Shown here: positions 38,946 to 48,966 of the stretch, one piece after another
Position numbering within the stretch: position 1 is the stretch's first letter
Layout: each line of letters starts with the position of its first letter
Origin: Candidatus Gottesmanbacteria bacterium
Lineage (GTDB): Bacteria > Patescibacteriota > Microgenomatia > UBA10105 > UBA927
Reading direction: 5' to 3'
NCBI GenBank assembly: GCA_963711735.1
Contig: CAVQFA010000004.1
Span: 4,872-68,871 of the forward strand
DNA: 64,000 nucleotides
Position numbers and translations under genes: made by a program
Notes under the pieces: generated by a model
Database searches by the model: none
Seen by the model: the letters and a program-made list of their open reading frames with translations, nothing else
Told to the model about the DNA's origin: nothing

Positions 38946-40118
38946 CTATTTCAAGAGGCGGATGATGGTAGATATATCATTCGGAGACATATCAGGATCG
39001 CACCCGAGGTATAGACCGCATGCATGGATCTTTCCGGCATTTTTATACTCATAGGTACTTTTTTTGACGTATTTAGTAAAAAAGGGTTGTTTAGTTATAT
39101 CTCCTCCGACGATCGGACGTATTTCAACCTGATTATCTAAACGCGAAACGATTACATCACGTAAAGTCTCTGTTTTACATAGTATCGGAAAAGCAAAGGC
39201 GCTGAAAACATCCATATGAGTGTAGGAAATAGGCATATAGGAATCGGTATTACGGTAAACTGCTGATGCCAGATTTGTGAAATTTGCGTGCCTTTTCTCC
39301 AGATTTTCATCAAAATAGGAAAGCTGTTTTTTTCCGAGGAATCCCGTAATTTCGGTCGGACGCAGATTAAAACCGAGATCATAAAACGTATATCTGGAGA
39401 AAAATTCTGAATTTATCCGGTGCTTTATCCGCATACGTTTTCTGTTGGGAATAGTCATATTCCTGTCCCATCCGTGCGCCCGTACGATCTGAACCATCGA
39501 GCTGAGATCTTTATTATCCGTTGCGACCATTCCACCCTCAATTGTGGACAGGTGATGTCCGGCATAAAAGGAAAATGTTGAGGCAATTCCGAAATTCCCA
39601 AGTCTTTTTCCTTTATATACGCTGCCCAATGCCTCACATGCGTCCTCAATGAGATAGATATTCTTTCTTTTACAGATACGCTCAATTTCGTCAAGATCCG
39701 AACATAATCCCAGAAGATGTGTGAGAAATAATGCTTTCACCGGTGTCCGATCGAGCACTTTCTGTAATGTTTTTGATGAAATATTTAATGTACGGATGTC
39801 CACATCTATCGGAACAACGGTAAGTCCAAGCTCAATAAGCGGCATGACGTTTGTGGACCATGTAACTGCTGATACACCTACAACATCTCCGATTTTCAGC
39901 CATCCTAAATTTTTCATCGACTGGACGACCGCAAGATTTGCCGAACTGCCGCTGTTAACGAGGCTGCAGAACTTCCTTTGTTGCCATTTTGCAAAATCTT
40001 CTTCAAATGATACACAAACATTCCCGAAACTTAAACGTTTTGCGTATCGGATGAAATCCGAAAGTGCGTTTAGAGTCTCACGCTCGTTATAAAAGGTATG
40101 TTTAACAAGTGGTATCAT
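38946..40118 (-). CDS. DegT/DnrJ/EryC1 fold PLP/PMP enzyme with His in place of the Schiff-base Lys: sugar 3-dehydratase (ColD/E1-like) candidate
   Basis: Motif TFSFYAGHHLSTIEGG at residues 181-196. The paralog at 54929-56020 has SFHATKIYHTIEGG. At 390 aa it matches ColD size and has no C-terminal Fe-S extension. Confidence 0.6.
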   Translation of the reverse strand: MIPLVKHTFYNERETLNALSDFIRYAKRLSFGNVCVSFEEDFAKWQQRKFCSLVNSGSSANLAVVQSMKNLGWLKIGDVVGVSAVTWSTNVMPLIELGLTVVPIDVDIRTLNISSKTLQKVLDRTPVKALFLTHLLGLCSDLDEIERICKRKNIYLIEDACEALGSVYKGKRLGNFGIASTFSFYAGHHLSTIEGGMVATDNKDLSSMVQIVRAHGWDRNMTIPNRKRMRIKHRINSEFFSRYTFYDLGFNLRPTEITGFLGKKQLSYFDENLEKRHANFTNLASAVYRNTDSYMPISYTHMDVFSAFAFPILCKTETLRDVIVSRLDNQVEIRPIVGGDITKQPFFTKYVKKSTYEYKNAGKIHACGLYLGCDPDMSPNDISTIIRLLK

Positions 40119-41290
40119 AAAACACCTGATTTTTTGAAAGCATGTGTAAATACCGTTTCCCAGGTATATTTCTTTGCATACCGGAATGCATTTTCTCTGA
40201 ATACATTCATGTCTTCATCGGATCCGGAAAAAAACTCGAGAACATTTTCTGCAAATTTTTTGGAATCGTATGGTGAAACAATTCCGCATCCGTACCGTAT
40301 GACGTCTCCTGCTATTGCACTCGTGTCAGTCATAATAACAGGAATTCCTGAAGACAGATACTGCTTAACTTTTGCGGGTTCGGTGTACGAAATAAATTCA
40401 TGAGACGGATCATACATAGCAGTACCGAGTGCCGCGCGGGATACTATGTATTCGATTTTTTTCGTGTCAGCTATATACCCCGTAAAATGAACTGACTTAG
40501 CGATTCCGAGTGATGATGCAAGTGATGTAAGATCTTTTATGTAATCACCTCCACCGATGACTGTCAAAGATATATCGGGAATTGTTTTTTTTATAATGGG
40601 TAGTGCTTTTATAACAAGCTGTATACCCTTGGTTTTATATATGTTTCCCATATATACCAACTCATATTTATTGGACTCCCTATAAAGTATTGGGGTTTTG
40701 CGATGGATAGTTACACCATGAGGAACAATGAGTTGTCCCGGAAACGATTTTCCCCATTTACGTTTCCGCTCACGTATCATACCAATAGCGTAATTCCATG
40801 TGTAATCGGAATATGAAACACTGAGGTAGTCTGCAAAGTGGTAAATAGAATTGAAAATGACATTTTCAAAACGTTTCGGAAGATAATCAATTGAATAGAA
40901 AATGACATGTTTGACAAGCCCAAGGCTCCTGAGTATGAGCCCGCAGAACGCATTAAGGTTACCTACACCGATAAAATAGTCATATGTCCCTTTGGCATTT
41001 ACCGTAGTCCATACAAATGTGTATACGGTATCTTTAATATACTGGAGATACTCAGGAAGTGTGAGTTTTGGCGCTTCAATACGGCGTACTGTCTTTTTAC
41101 CCTTATACATCTCCATGTGTGATGCGGTTATTGGATTTTTCGGTGCATACCTGTTCACATGCCCGATCGTTATGAGACTATTCACATGAGCGTCTCTGAG
41201 ATACCCGCCAAGTGCATGCGGAGAACCGGTAGGATAGTCATGAAAAACAAGAATTACTTTTAATTTGTTCAGCATTGTATGTCGGTCCAT
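40115..41290 (-). CDS. Glycosyltransferase family 4
   Basis: 391 aa GT-B fold with a C-terminal nucleotide-sugar binding region. Confidence 0.75.
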   Translation of the reverse strand: MDRHTMLNKLKVILVFHDYPTGSPHALGGYLRDAHVNSLITIGHVNRYAPKNPITASHMEMYKGKKTVRRIEAPKLTLPEYLQYIKDTVYTFVWTTVNAKGTYDYFIGVGNLNAFCGLILRSLGLVKHVIFYSIDYLPKRFENVIFNSIYHFADYLSVSYSDYTWNYAIGMIRERKRKWGKSFPGQLIVPHGVTIHRKTPILYRESNKYELVYMGNIYKTKGIQLVIKALPIIKKTIPDISLTVIGGGDYIKDLTSLASSLGIAKSVHFTGYIADTKKIEYIVSRAALGTAMYDPSHEFISYTEPAKVKQYLSSGIPVIMTDTSAIAGDVIRYGCGIVSPYDSKKFAENVLEFFSGSDEDMNVFRENAFRYAKKYTWETVFTHAFKKSGVL

Positions 41291-41362
41291 AGAGATATAA
41301 ATATACGTTATAAAACCGGTAAACTGATGTAAATTCGTCCGGGTTAAATAATCACATCAGAT

Positions 41363-42406
41363 TTATTTACCTATACGTAACCATGAATATGTATCGTCTA
41401 TTACCTCATGAATGGTTTTCGTTGGTTTCCATTTTGAAATATTTCCGACTAAGGTATTATCCGTAATATATATGGGCACATCGTTCTTCCTTGTCTGAAG
41501 GACTTTCCGAATCGGTATCGTGTTTCCGGTAATTTTTTGGCACAACAGGGTAAGCTCTACCAATGAAACGCTGTTTTGGAAACCACCGCCTGCGTTTACT
41601 ATTTTTCCGTTGAATGTATCGGGGGTTTTTAACTCTCTGAGAAGAAGATCAAAAAGATCATCTATATGCAGAATGTCCCTGACCTGTTTTCCCTCTCCGC
41701 CAAACCCTATATAGGAAAGAGGTAATTTCTCCATATGTGAAGAGAGCCAGAATGAAAGTATTCCCTGATCAACTTTACCGAACTGCCAGGGACCCGCAAT
41801 AACGCCGAATCTATTAACAATTGCGCGTATTGCATACATATCGGCATATTCAAAAAGCATTATCTCCGCAGAAAGCTTTGTAGCGCCGTATAACGATCTG
41901 ACACCATCCAGCGGAAACTTTTCCGAAATACCTTTTGCTGATGCGCCTGTTATAGTCTGCGTTTGCGTAAGTTCAAATCTTGTTTTCGTTTCACGGTATA
42001 CCAGACTGTTCAGATAATTGACGGGATATACCCTGCTTGTTGAAAGAAAGACAACGTCCGCGCGTTTTTTCCGTGCGATTTCGAAACAATTAACGGCACC
42101 CGATAAATTTGTATCTACCGCATAACGGGAAGATGAATTTACACCGGCAAGTACGGATGGCTCGGCGGAACATTCTATGAGAAGATCAACCTTACCGACA
42201 TCAAGATCTTTCTCTTTACGGACATCTCCTTTAATAAATTTTACACCGTGTTCTTTCAGCCTGGGAAGATTTCGCTCTGATCCTTTTCTGTACAGGTTAT
42301 CTAATGCAAATACTGTAATATTTCCGAAATGTTCTTTCAGCTTTACGCAGATATTGGAGCCGACAAACCCTGCACCGCCTGTAATGAGAATATTCTTATA
42401 ATTCAT
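41363..42406 (-). CDS. NAD-dependent epimerase/dehydratase (CDP-paratose-2-epimerase-like SDR)
   Basis: ILITGGAGFVGSN, DNLYRKGSERNL and YGATK (YxxxK). The start at MNYK (42406) is preferred over the upstream extension. Confidence 0.7.
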   Translation of the reverse strand: MNYKNILITGGAGFVGSNICVKLKEHFGNITVFALDNLYRKGSERNLPRLKEHGVKFIKGDVRKEKDLDVGKVDLLIECSAEPSVLAGVNSSSRYAVDTNLSGAVNCFEIARKKRADVVFLSTSRVYPVNYLNSLVYRETKTRFELTQTQTITGASAKGISEKFPLDGVRSLYGATKLSAEIMLFEYADMYAIRAIVNRFGVIAGPWQFGKVDQGILSFWLSSHMEKLPLSYIGFGGEGKQVRDILHIDDLFDLLLRELKTPDTFNGKIVNAGGGFQNSVSLVELTLLCQKITGNTIPIRKVLQTRKNDVPIYITDNTLVGNISKWKPTKTIHEVIDDTYSWLRIGK

Positions 42407-42408
42407 AT

Positions 42409-43476
42409 TTATTTGAAATGACCTTGGGAACAAATCTCGTCTAAAATCATATCTATGTCGTATGTATATTTCCATTTGGGGTAGTGTTTCCGGAATTTCG
42501 ATACGTCGGATAAATACCAGATATGGTCTCCGATACGGTTCGGATTCACATATTTTATATTTGCCTTTTTGCCCATAATCCGTTCGATTTTCCCTATCGC
42601 CTCCAGCATTGATATGTTGGAGTATCTGGATCCGCCGATGTTATACACTTCTCCTTTACGGGGGTTTTGGTAGAAACTATAAAAGGCGTTTACCAGATCA
42701 TAAGAATGTATATTGTCCCTAACCTGCTTGCCTTTATATCCGTAAATAGTATATTTTTCTCCTCTATAGATACAACGTGCTAAATAAGCCAAGAATCCGT
42801 GAAGTTCAGTGCCTGAATGTGCAGGACCCGTCAGACAACCACCGCGGAATACTCCGGTTGCAAGGTTAAAATATCTGCCATATTCCTGCACCATGAGGTC
42901 TGCAGCTGTCTTTGATACCCCGAATATGCTGTGTGTCGTACGGTCTAAACTCATCGTCTCATCTATTCCTTTATAAAATTTGTGCGTACGTGGGAGCTCA
43001 TAACGCGTATTTTTCTCAATGAAGGGTAATTGGTTCGGATTGTCCCCGTAAACCTTATTCGTAGAGGTAAAAATGAAAACAGCTTCTTTGGCATACGCAC
43101 GGTATGCTTCCAGAAGCACGAGTGTACCGACCGCATTTACCGAGAAATCCGTCATTGGTTCACGTGCAGCCCAATCGTGTGACGGTTGTGCTGCAGCATG
43201 GATAATAAGATTAAAGGAAGTCTGTTTAATTACACGCTTGATAGCTTTCTCGTCCCGTATATCAGTCTGGTGATGAATATATTGTTTATTGAATGTTTTT
43301 TCGAGAAGTTTCCTGTTCCACCCTGTGCTTGCCTCAGGTCCAAAAAAGTATTCGCGCATGTTATTGTCGATCCCGTGCACGATAAAACCTTTATGAATAA
43401 AGAATTTTACTGCTTCAGAACCAATCAAACCTGCTGATCCTGTTATAAGAGCATATTTCTGCCGTCGTGTTCTCAT
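42409..43476 (-). CDS. NAD-dependent epimerase/dehydratase family SDR, tandem paralog
   Basis: [12 protein letters not shown] Rossmann motif. Where YxxxK is expected it reads FGVSK. Confidence 0.65.
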   Translation of the reverse strand: MRTRRQKYALITGSAGLIGSEAVKFFIHKGFIVHGIDNNMREYFFGPEASTGWNRKLLEKTFNKQYIHHQTDIRDEKAIKRVIKQTSFNLIIHAAAQPSHDWAAREPMTDFSVNAVGTLVLLEAYRAYAKEAVFIFTSTNKVYGDNPNQLPFIEKNTRYELPRTHKFYKGIDETMSLDRTTHSIFGVSKTAADLMVQEYGRYFNLATGVFRGGCLTGPAHSGTELHGFLAYLARCIYRGEKYTIYGYKGKQVRDNIHSYDLVNAFYSFYQNPRKGEVYNIGGSRYSNISMLEAIGKIERIMGKKANIKYVNPNRIGDHIWYLSDVSKFRKHYPKWKYTYDIDMILDEICSQGHFK

Positions 43477-43524
43477 AGATTTTGCTCGTATTATATGCTA
43501 AAAATCGAACCTGCATACCCGGTA

Positions 43525-45393
43525 TCATTTATCAAAAGCATATATGGAGAATTTGGAGTCATCATATACCAATGTGCCTGCCGAAGATAAGGCTTTGATG
43601 TTTATTTCATAAGGAAAATCATTTTTGGCAAATTTCGGAATAAGAGCATAACTGACACCTGAACGGAGCGCACTGTTTTTGTTACCGTTATAAATGCTTT
43701 GTACAATCCGGGATCGGTCTGTCAATCCGACATTTCCGAAGAATCCGAAATAATTCCTTCGTCCTGCAAAAACTACCGGGTCTATCATGTCCGAATAAGA
43801 AACAAAAACAGAATCTTTAGAAGTGTTGGAATGAATCCATGATATGACGGGCAGAATCTCCTTACTGACAATTGGAAATGCAAATTCGTTTTTAATCGGC
43901 ATCAGATCAACAATCCCTGAAATCGTAAGGATACCAAATAAGATTACCGAAACAATCTTTCCTGTGTAATGATAGCTATTCCAAATCCATACGAGTCCTA
44001 CGGCTGCAAGGATATCTATCCAGATAACCAAAAATGATAGAAATTTTTGGTCAAATCCGTGTTTTCCCAGTCCTGCATAAAGACATAATCCGATAAATAA
44101 TGCGATAAAAGGGATGCTTACTTTACGGGTTTTCTGTGGGAGTACAATATATCCTATACATGCAACAATGGGTAATATACCAAGATTCTGCCACAGATAA
44201 TCAGCTATCGTCCAAGTCGCAGGAGCATAGATAGAGGAAGAAATACTAAATAATCCTGCAATTAATGCTCTAAGATCCCCCAATACCACAATATAGGGAA
44301 TCATAATAAAAGTGATGCATAATCCGTACGGGATGACAAACGCGGTTATATCTTTCCATTTTTTTTCAAGTGCCAACAAAAAAGCGATCACAACCCCCGT
44401 CAGCAGACACACAGCCATATTCCAAAAAAACAATGTTCCGCATAGTAATCCCATGATGAAAGATGTAAGTATCTTTACCTGTTTCTCAGAAATCTTCTTT
44501 TGCATGAGAATGATAATAAATAAACCCGAAGCTGTCGCAAAAGCCAGATGCCGCTGATTTACATAATTATTGAGAGTCATAAATAATGAAATAGCAGAGC
44601 CGTCAAAAGGGCCAGCATAAGGATATGTCGGTAACCGCCAAATATACATAAAAGTTTCTTTAGAAAAACCGCGGGATAAAAGAATATTCCAAAATGCGAG
44701 AGTACTGTTTGTAACTGTCAGAATTACCGCAAACCACCCTGTTATTCTTTTTTGTTTAAAAAGAAGTTGCGGAATATTATAAATAATAATCAAAAGTGCA
44801 CTGAACGATAAAATGCTTGTAATATTTATTGCCCAAAGTACGGGAACTCCGAAATATTCCCAGATAGACACAAAAAAATAAAAAAGGAAATGATAAAACA
44901 AGGGCAATCCGGCCCGGAACGGTGACGTAAAAGGAATATTTTCTCCCCACGAGAATGACCGCACGATTCCCAGAGCATTCCCGAAATCAAAAACATTGTT
45001 GCTTCCGACGAATAACGTCCCATCCGTTCCTCCGTGGAATGTTTTTGTCATCAGCCACGAACTGAAAATAATTGCAAAAAAGATAATAAGTATATCGCTG
45101 ATTGTTAAACTATAATTGGACGGAAATTTTTTAACTCTAACAAATAGTGCGGCAACAGCTAATATCGCGATTAGTAGAATCGTTCCCCAAAGAATCGGTT
45201 CTCCTGTTTGCTTAACCAAGATTGACAACAGATAGGTTATAGGGACACCGATATCGATTCCAATCAGCATTGAACCGACAAACGACATAAGCGTCGGCAG
45301 TCCTGAAAACCACTTTTTGATAACAAACCAACCAAGAAAGAACAGTGATGTGAGATAAATTATGAGGACAAATAAATGCATACCCTGTTGCAT
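43525..45393 (-). CDS. GT-C-like polytopic membrane protein with a C-terminal soluble domain
   Basis: 622 aa, about 13 TM segments, then a ~110-aa hydrophilic C-terminus. Confidence 0.5.
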   Translation of the reverse strand: MQQGMHLFVLIIYLTSLFFLGWFVIKKWFSGLPTLMSFVGSMLIGIDIGVPITYLLSILVKQTGEPILWGTILLIAILAVAALFVRVKKFPSNYSLTISDILIIFFAIIFSSWLMTKTFHGGTDGTLFVGSNNVFDFGNALGIVRSFSWGENIPFTSPFRAGLPLFYHFLFYFFVSIWEYFGVPVLWAINITSILSFSALLIIIYNIPQLLFKQKRITGWFAVILTVTNSTLAFWNILLSRGFSKETFMYIWRLPTYPYAGPFDGSAISLFMTLNNYVNQRHLAFATASGLFIIILMQKKISEKQVKILTSFIMGLLCGTLFFWNMAVCLLTGVVIAFLLALEKKWKDITAFVIPYGLCITFIMIPYIVVLGDLRALIAGLFSISSSIYAPATWTIADYLWQNLGILPIVACIGYIVLPQKTRKVSIPFIALFIGLCLYAGLGKHGFDQKFLSFLVIWIDILAAVGLVWIWNSYHYTGKIVSVILFGILTISGIVDLMPIKNEFAFPIVSKEILPVISWIHSNTSKDSVFVSYSDMIDPVVFAGRRNYFGFFGNVGLTDRSRIVQSIYNGNKNSALRSGVSYALIPKFAKNDFPYEINIKALSSAGTLVYDDSKFSIYAFDK

Positions 45394-45396
45394 AAG

Positions 45397-47223
45397 TTAT
45401 TTTCGGAGTTTTAAAACAACTATTGTTCCTGCAATACTGATAATGGTAAACATACTCATAAACAATCCGATCTTCACCCAATATTCCTGTTTTGAAACTA
45501 TATCAGGTTTATACTGCTTAAATACGAAGGAAGGATTAGTAAAAATTGCAATTTGGCTAAATCCGTCTAATTTAACAAGTCCGGATTTGGTTAATGAGTC
45601 TATCAGTGCTTTCCGTTGTGATACATCATACTTATAATCTGATAAAAATATCCGTTTTTCTACGTCTATCGGAACGATAATATATTTTACACCGCTGTCA
45701 AAAATTGTTTTTTTGAATTTTTTACCGCCGATTAACTTAACCAGCTCGGGAGCTGATGAATTAATAAATAAAGTCGATCCGGTTATAACCGGATGTGAGT
45801 CGGATGAAAATGCAAACTTTTCCGGCACCGGCAGCCATAACGTTCTGTATGGACTCATGTCATGCACTATCAGATCCTTTAATTTTACATACTCAGGGGG
45901 AATGGGTTTCAGTATAAACTGACCGAATAACTGTCCTAAGAGTAATTGGCGTATGGTAAAACCCCAGAATATAATAAAAATTACGGAAATACAGATAAAT
46001 ACATTTTCATAAGAAGCTGAAAATAAATATTTTAGCCGTCCTTTGACGACTTTCATCAATATTTGTTTTATTGCATCAGAACTCCGGACTGCTATAACCT
46101 GCAGTCCTAGAGGTATTAGTACCGCATATCCCAATGCTATATAAAGGTAAAATTTAGACGAATCACGAAACAAAACAAATCCGGGAACATGTGAATATAA
46201 CCAGTAATATATTTCACCAAATGGCAGCTTAACACCTTTTGCCAAAAAAGCACCGAGCAATGCTAATATCGTGAAATACGTCACTTTAGCTGGACTTGTG
46301 GTCTCAAGGATTTTCCCTTTATCAAGCAATCCTTTTGCCCGCAATCTATCAGCCATCAATAGTGTCGCAAATGCGATAAACGGTAACACGAGAAATTCCG
46401 GTTGCATGAAATATACTCTCCCGAACAGATTTTCCGGCCAATTTGCATGCAGCAGGGACAGTGCGTGAGGCAAATCGGCAAAACTTAAATCTTTTACAAT
46501 ATACATTCCTGTATACATCTCACCCTGATCATTCGTGCTCCAACCGGATAACATAATCGGCAGGATCCAAAACATGTGCGTGAATAGTGCGATACACCCC
46601 GGAATAATAAATACGAAGACGCCCTGAGAAATAATTGAACGTAATGTTCCGAAATTTGTTTCGATCTGACGGATTAATAAATATAGGAAAACCGCAACAA
46701 CGATTAAATATGCCAAACGCAAATCAAAAGCTATAAGTAATGAAAGTAATAATCCGCTTATTAAACTGTTTTTCGTAATATCCCGTACTTCTCCCCCTTT
46801 ATCCAATACGGAATCAATATTTTGCAGAAACTGAAATAACGTAATAGGAGCAAAGCCATACGCAAGCGCAACTCCGATTTGACCTCCTCCGAACACCATT
46901 AATATGTATGTGTTAGTAGAATAGACAATTACTGCAATTATTTTTTGTATTGAACTTCGGAAAACCAGGCTTGAAAGCCGAACAATAGAGAACATTGCCA
47001 TAAAAAGAACTGAAATCCATAGAATTTTTTCAATGATATCCCAGTGAAATCCGAATGAAGAAAAAATCTTTACGAGAAGAGTAAACGGATAATCAAACCA
47101 CATCCGGGACAGGGTTGAAATTCCTAAGTTATATTCAGGGTGCCAGATCTGCGGTAACCAGGATAGGTTACGTAATTGTTCAGCGAAATAAAATCCCGAA
47201 TCCCCGCCCGCGAAATACAACAT
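45397..47223 (-). CDS. YfhO-like / GT-C polytopic membrane protein
   Basis: 608 aa: N-terminal multi-TM core, ~170-aa extracytoplasmic domain, C-terminal TM anchor. Confidence 0.45.
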   Translation of the reverse strand: MLYFAGGDSGFYFAEQLRNLSWLPQIWHPEYNLGISTLSRMWFDYPFTLLVKIFSSFGFHWDIIEKILWISVLFMAMFSIVRLSSLVFRSSIQKIIAVIVYSTNTYILMVFGGGQIGVALAYGFAPITLFQFLQNIDSVLDKGGEVRDITKNSLISGLLLSLLIAFDLRLAYLIVVAVFLYLLIRQIETNFGTLRSIISQGVFVFIIPGCIALFTHMFWILPIMLSGWSTNDQGEMYTGMYIVKDLSFADLPHALSLLHANWPENLFGRVYFMQPEFLVLPFIAFATLLMADRLRAKGLLDKGKILETTSPAKVTYFTILALLGAFLAKGVKLPFGEIYYWLYSHVPGFVLFRDSSKFYLYIALGYAVLIPLGLQVIAVRSSDAIKQILMKVVKGRLKYLFSASYENVFICISVIFIIFWGFTIRQLLLGQLFGQFILKPIPPEYVKLKDLIVHDMSPYRTLWLPVPEKFAFSSDSHPVITGSTLFINSSAPELVKLIGGKKFKKTIFDSGVKYIIVPIDVEKRIFLSDYKYDVSQRKALIDSLTKSGLVKLDGFSQIAIFTNPSFVFKQYKPDIVSKQEYWVKIGLFMSMFTIISIAGTIVVLKLRK

Positions 47224-47228
47224 AATAT

Positions 47229-47975
47229 TTAATTTTTCCTGACAACGATAAAGCAGGACGGCATCATATACTTTATAACCGGAAGAGCATCAATGACATG
47301 GGTGATCCGAGAGTCACTTTGGATAAATCCGCTTTCATATATTATAGAGCAGTCCATCTTCTGAATTATACACCGCAAATCCAATGGATTTGTGACAACT
47401 ATCGCATCGTCGTCGTACTGGAAAATAGCCCGTTTTATCGGTCTCATTCTTTCAAATTTATCTTCTGAAACAATTAACTTGGTTAGTATACGGACAAAAT
47501 TTTTTATTCTGTTTGTTAGTCCCTTTATTCTTGGGTGCGGACTTTGCATAACGACGGATAAGAAATTCGGGCATGCAATCAACAAATATCCTCCGCCCGT
47601 AAGCGTACGTAATTGCTCCTGCAGAAAAAATTCGGGATTCTCCGTGTGTTCGAGTACATTAAACGATCCGACAAGTTCGAAGTAATTATTCTTAAACGGT
47701 AATTTCCCGCCGTCATACTGATAACAGTATTTTAATCCTCGTTTTTTTGCAGCCGCAATAAAGAGTTTAGACACATCAATGCCATGTCCGTTCCGGTACC
47801 CTTGCCTATTGAGTGAAGTAAGGAGGAATCCGTTACCGCAACCGACATCCAAAAACCGGCTTGACTTCTTTATAATGTACCGTTTTATATATTTGAGGTA
47901 TTTTTTGTAAAATTCCGGCGGTAGTTCATTTAATTTCTGAAGATATTGAGTATTCTCATAATTAAATTTTTTCAT
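47229..47975 (-). CDS. Class I SAM-dependent methyltransferase
   Basis: LDVGCGNGF motif I. 248 aa. Confidence 0.7.
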   Translation of the reverse strand: MKKFNYENTQYLQKLNELPPEFYKKYLKYIKRYIIKKSSRFLDVGCGNGFLLTSLNRQGYRNGHGIDVSKLFIAAAKKRGLKYCYQYDGGKLPFKNNYFELVGSFNVLEHTENPEFFLQEQLRTLTGGGYLLIACPNFLSVVMQSPHPRIKGLTNRIKNFVRILTKLIVSEDKFERMRPIKRAIFQYDDDAIVVTNPLDLRCIIQKMDCSIIYESGFIQSDSRITHVIDALPVIKYMMPSCFIVVRKN

Positions 47976-47991
47976 ATCTTCAAAAAATTTT

Positions 47992-48966
47992 TCACGGTCG
48001 CTTATTTTTAATTACTAATTTATCTGATTTTTTTTCTTCCCAAATAGCCTGAGCCATACCGATGAACAGATATACGTAAATCCAAATATTCAATTTATTC
48101 TGTATATATCCGGTATTAAAATATATTAATGGAAGCCAAATAGCGAGAAGAACAAAAGCAATCGTGTAGTTAGATTTGCTTTCTAAGCTATACTTTTTAA
48201 TCGATATTACACGACCTACGATCAATAAAAGCAAAACACCAAAGTATACTTTCTGCAGAAATACTATATCGATCACAGTAAACAATAATATAATAATTGG
48301 TAACGGTAATATTTTATTAAAATCTTTTTTTCCCGTCAGGTAAAGTAATAAGGGAATGAGATATAATGTCGAATTCAATAAATAGTCTATATTAGTAAAT
48401 GAGGTTATTATCTTCCTGGTAATAAATTGGGCTGCGTTGCTTATGCTGAATAGAATAGCCTTTTTTGTATACTTATGAACGGTTGTTAACTGCGGATCTG
48501 ATACATTTAATTCTATGGAATTATTATTGTTTCCTGACAACGATATAATCTCAAACTCATATACCTTATTCTTTGAATCATTGATTACCGGAAAACCGAA
48601 GGGAAAATTTTGAATATTTTCTATTGCACCCGAGTTATAGTCATTGCTGTAATACCAGTTTTGAGATATATTTTCTTTTATTCGAAAATTTATATAATCT
48701 GCTTCACTACTCTCAGAATTACTGTTGTACCCGAATCGAAGAGTAATTATTCCAAGAAAATTATCCTTCGCCGCAAACGTTCCTGCTATTTTCCCTCTAT
48801 TCTGTATTTTATTCTGAGGATACTGTATCAACTTCGCCTTTGGGTATTGATATACTAATGAAGTAAAACCGTAAGTATTGTTTAAAAATAATGAGGCAAG
48901 AAACCAAAACATCACTAGCATCAGAGGAATAACTATCCTGAAAAGAAAACTTTTTGTTTTAATCAT
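47992..48966 (-). CDS. Membrane protein, hypothetical (N-terminal TM, Asn-rich extracytoplasmic domain, C-terminal 4-TM bundle)
   Basis: 324 aa with strongly AT-rich codon usage. Confidence 0.4.
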   Translation of the reverse strand: MIKTKSFLFRIVIPLMLVMFWFLASLFLNNTYGFTSLVYQYPKAKLIQYPQNKIQNRGKIAGTFAAKDNFLGIITLRFGYNSNSESSEADYINFRIKENISQNWYYSNDYNSGAIENIQNFPFGFPVINDSKNKVYEFEIISLSGNNNNSIELNVSDPQLTTVHKYTKKAILFSISNAAQFITRKIITSFTNIDYLLNSTLYLIPLLLYLTGKKDFNKILPLPIIILLFTVIDIVFLQKVYFGVLLLLIVGRVISIKKYSLESKSNYTIAFVLLAIWLPLIYFNTGYIQNKLNIWIYVYLFIGMAQAIWEEKKSDKLVIKNKRP

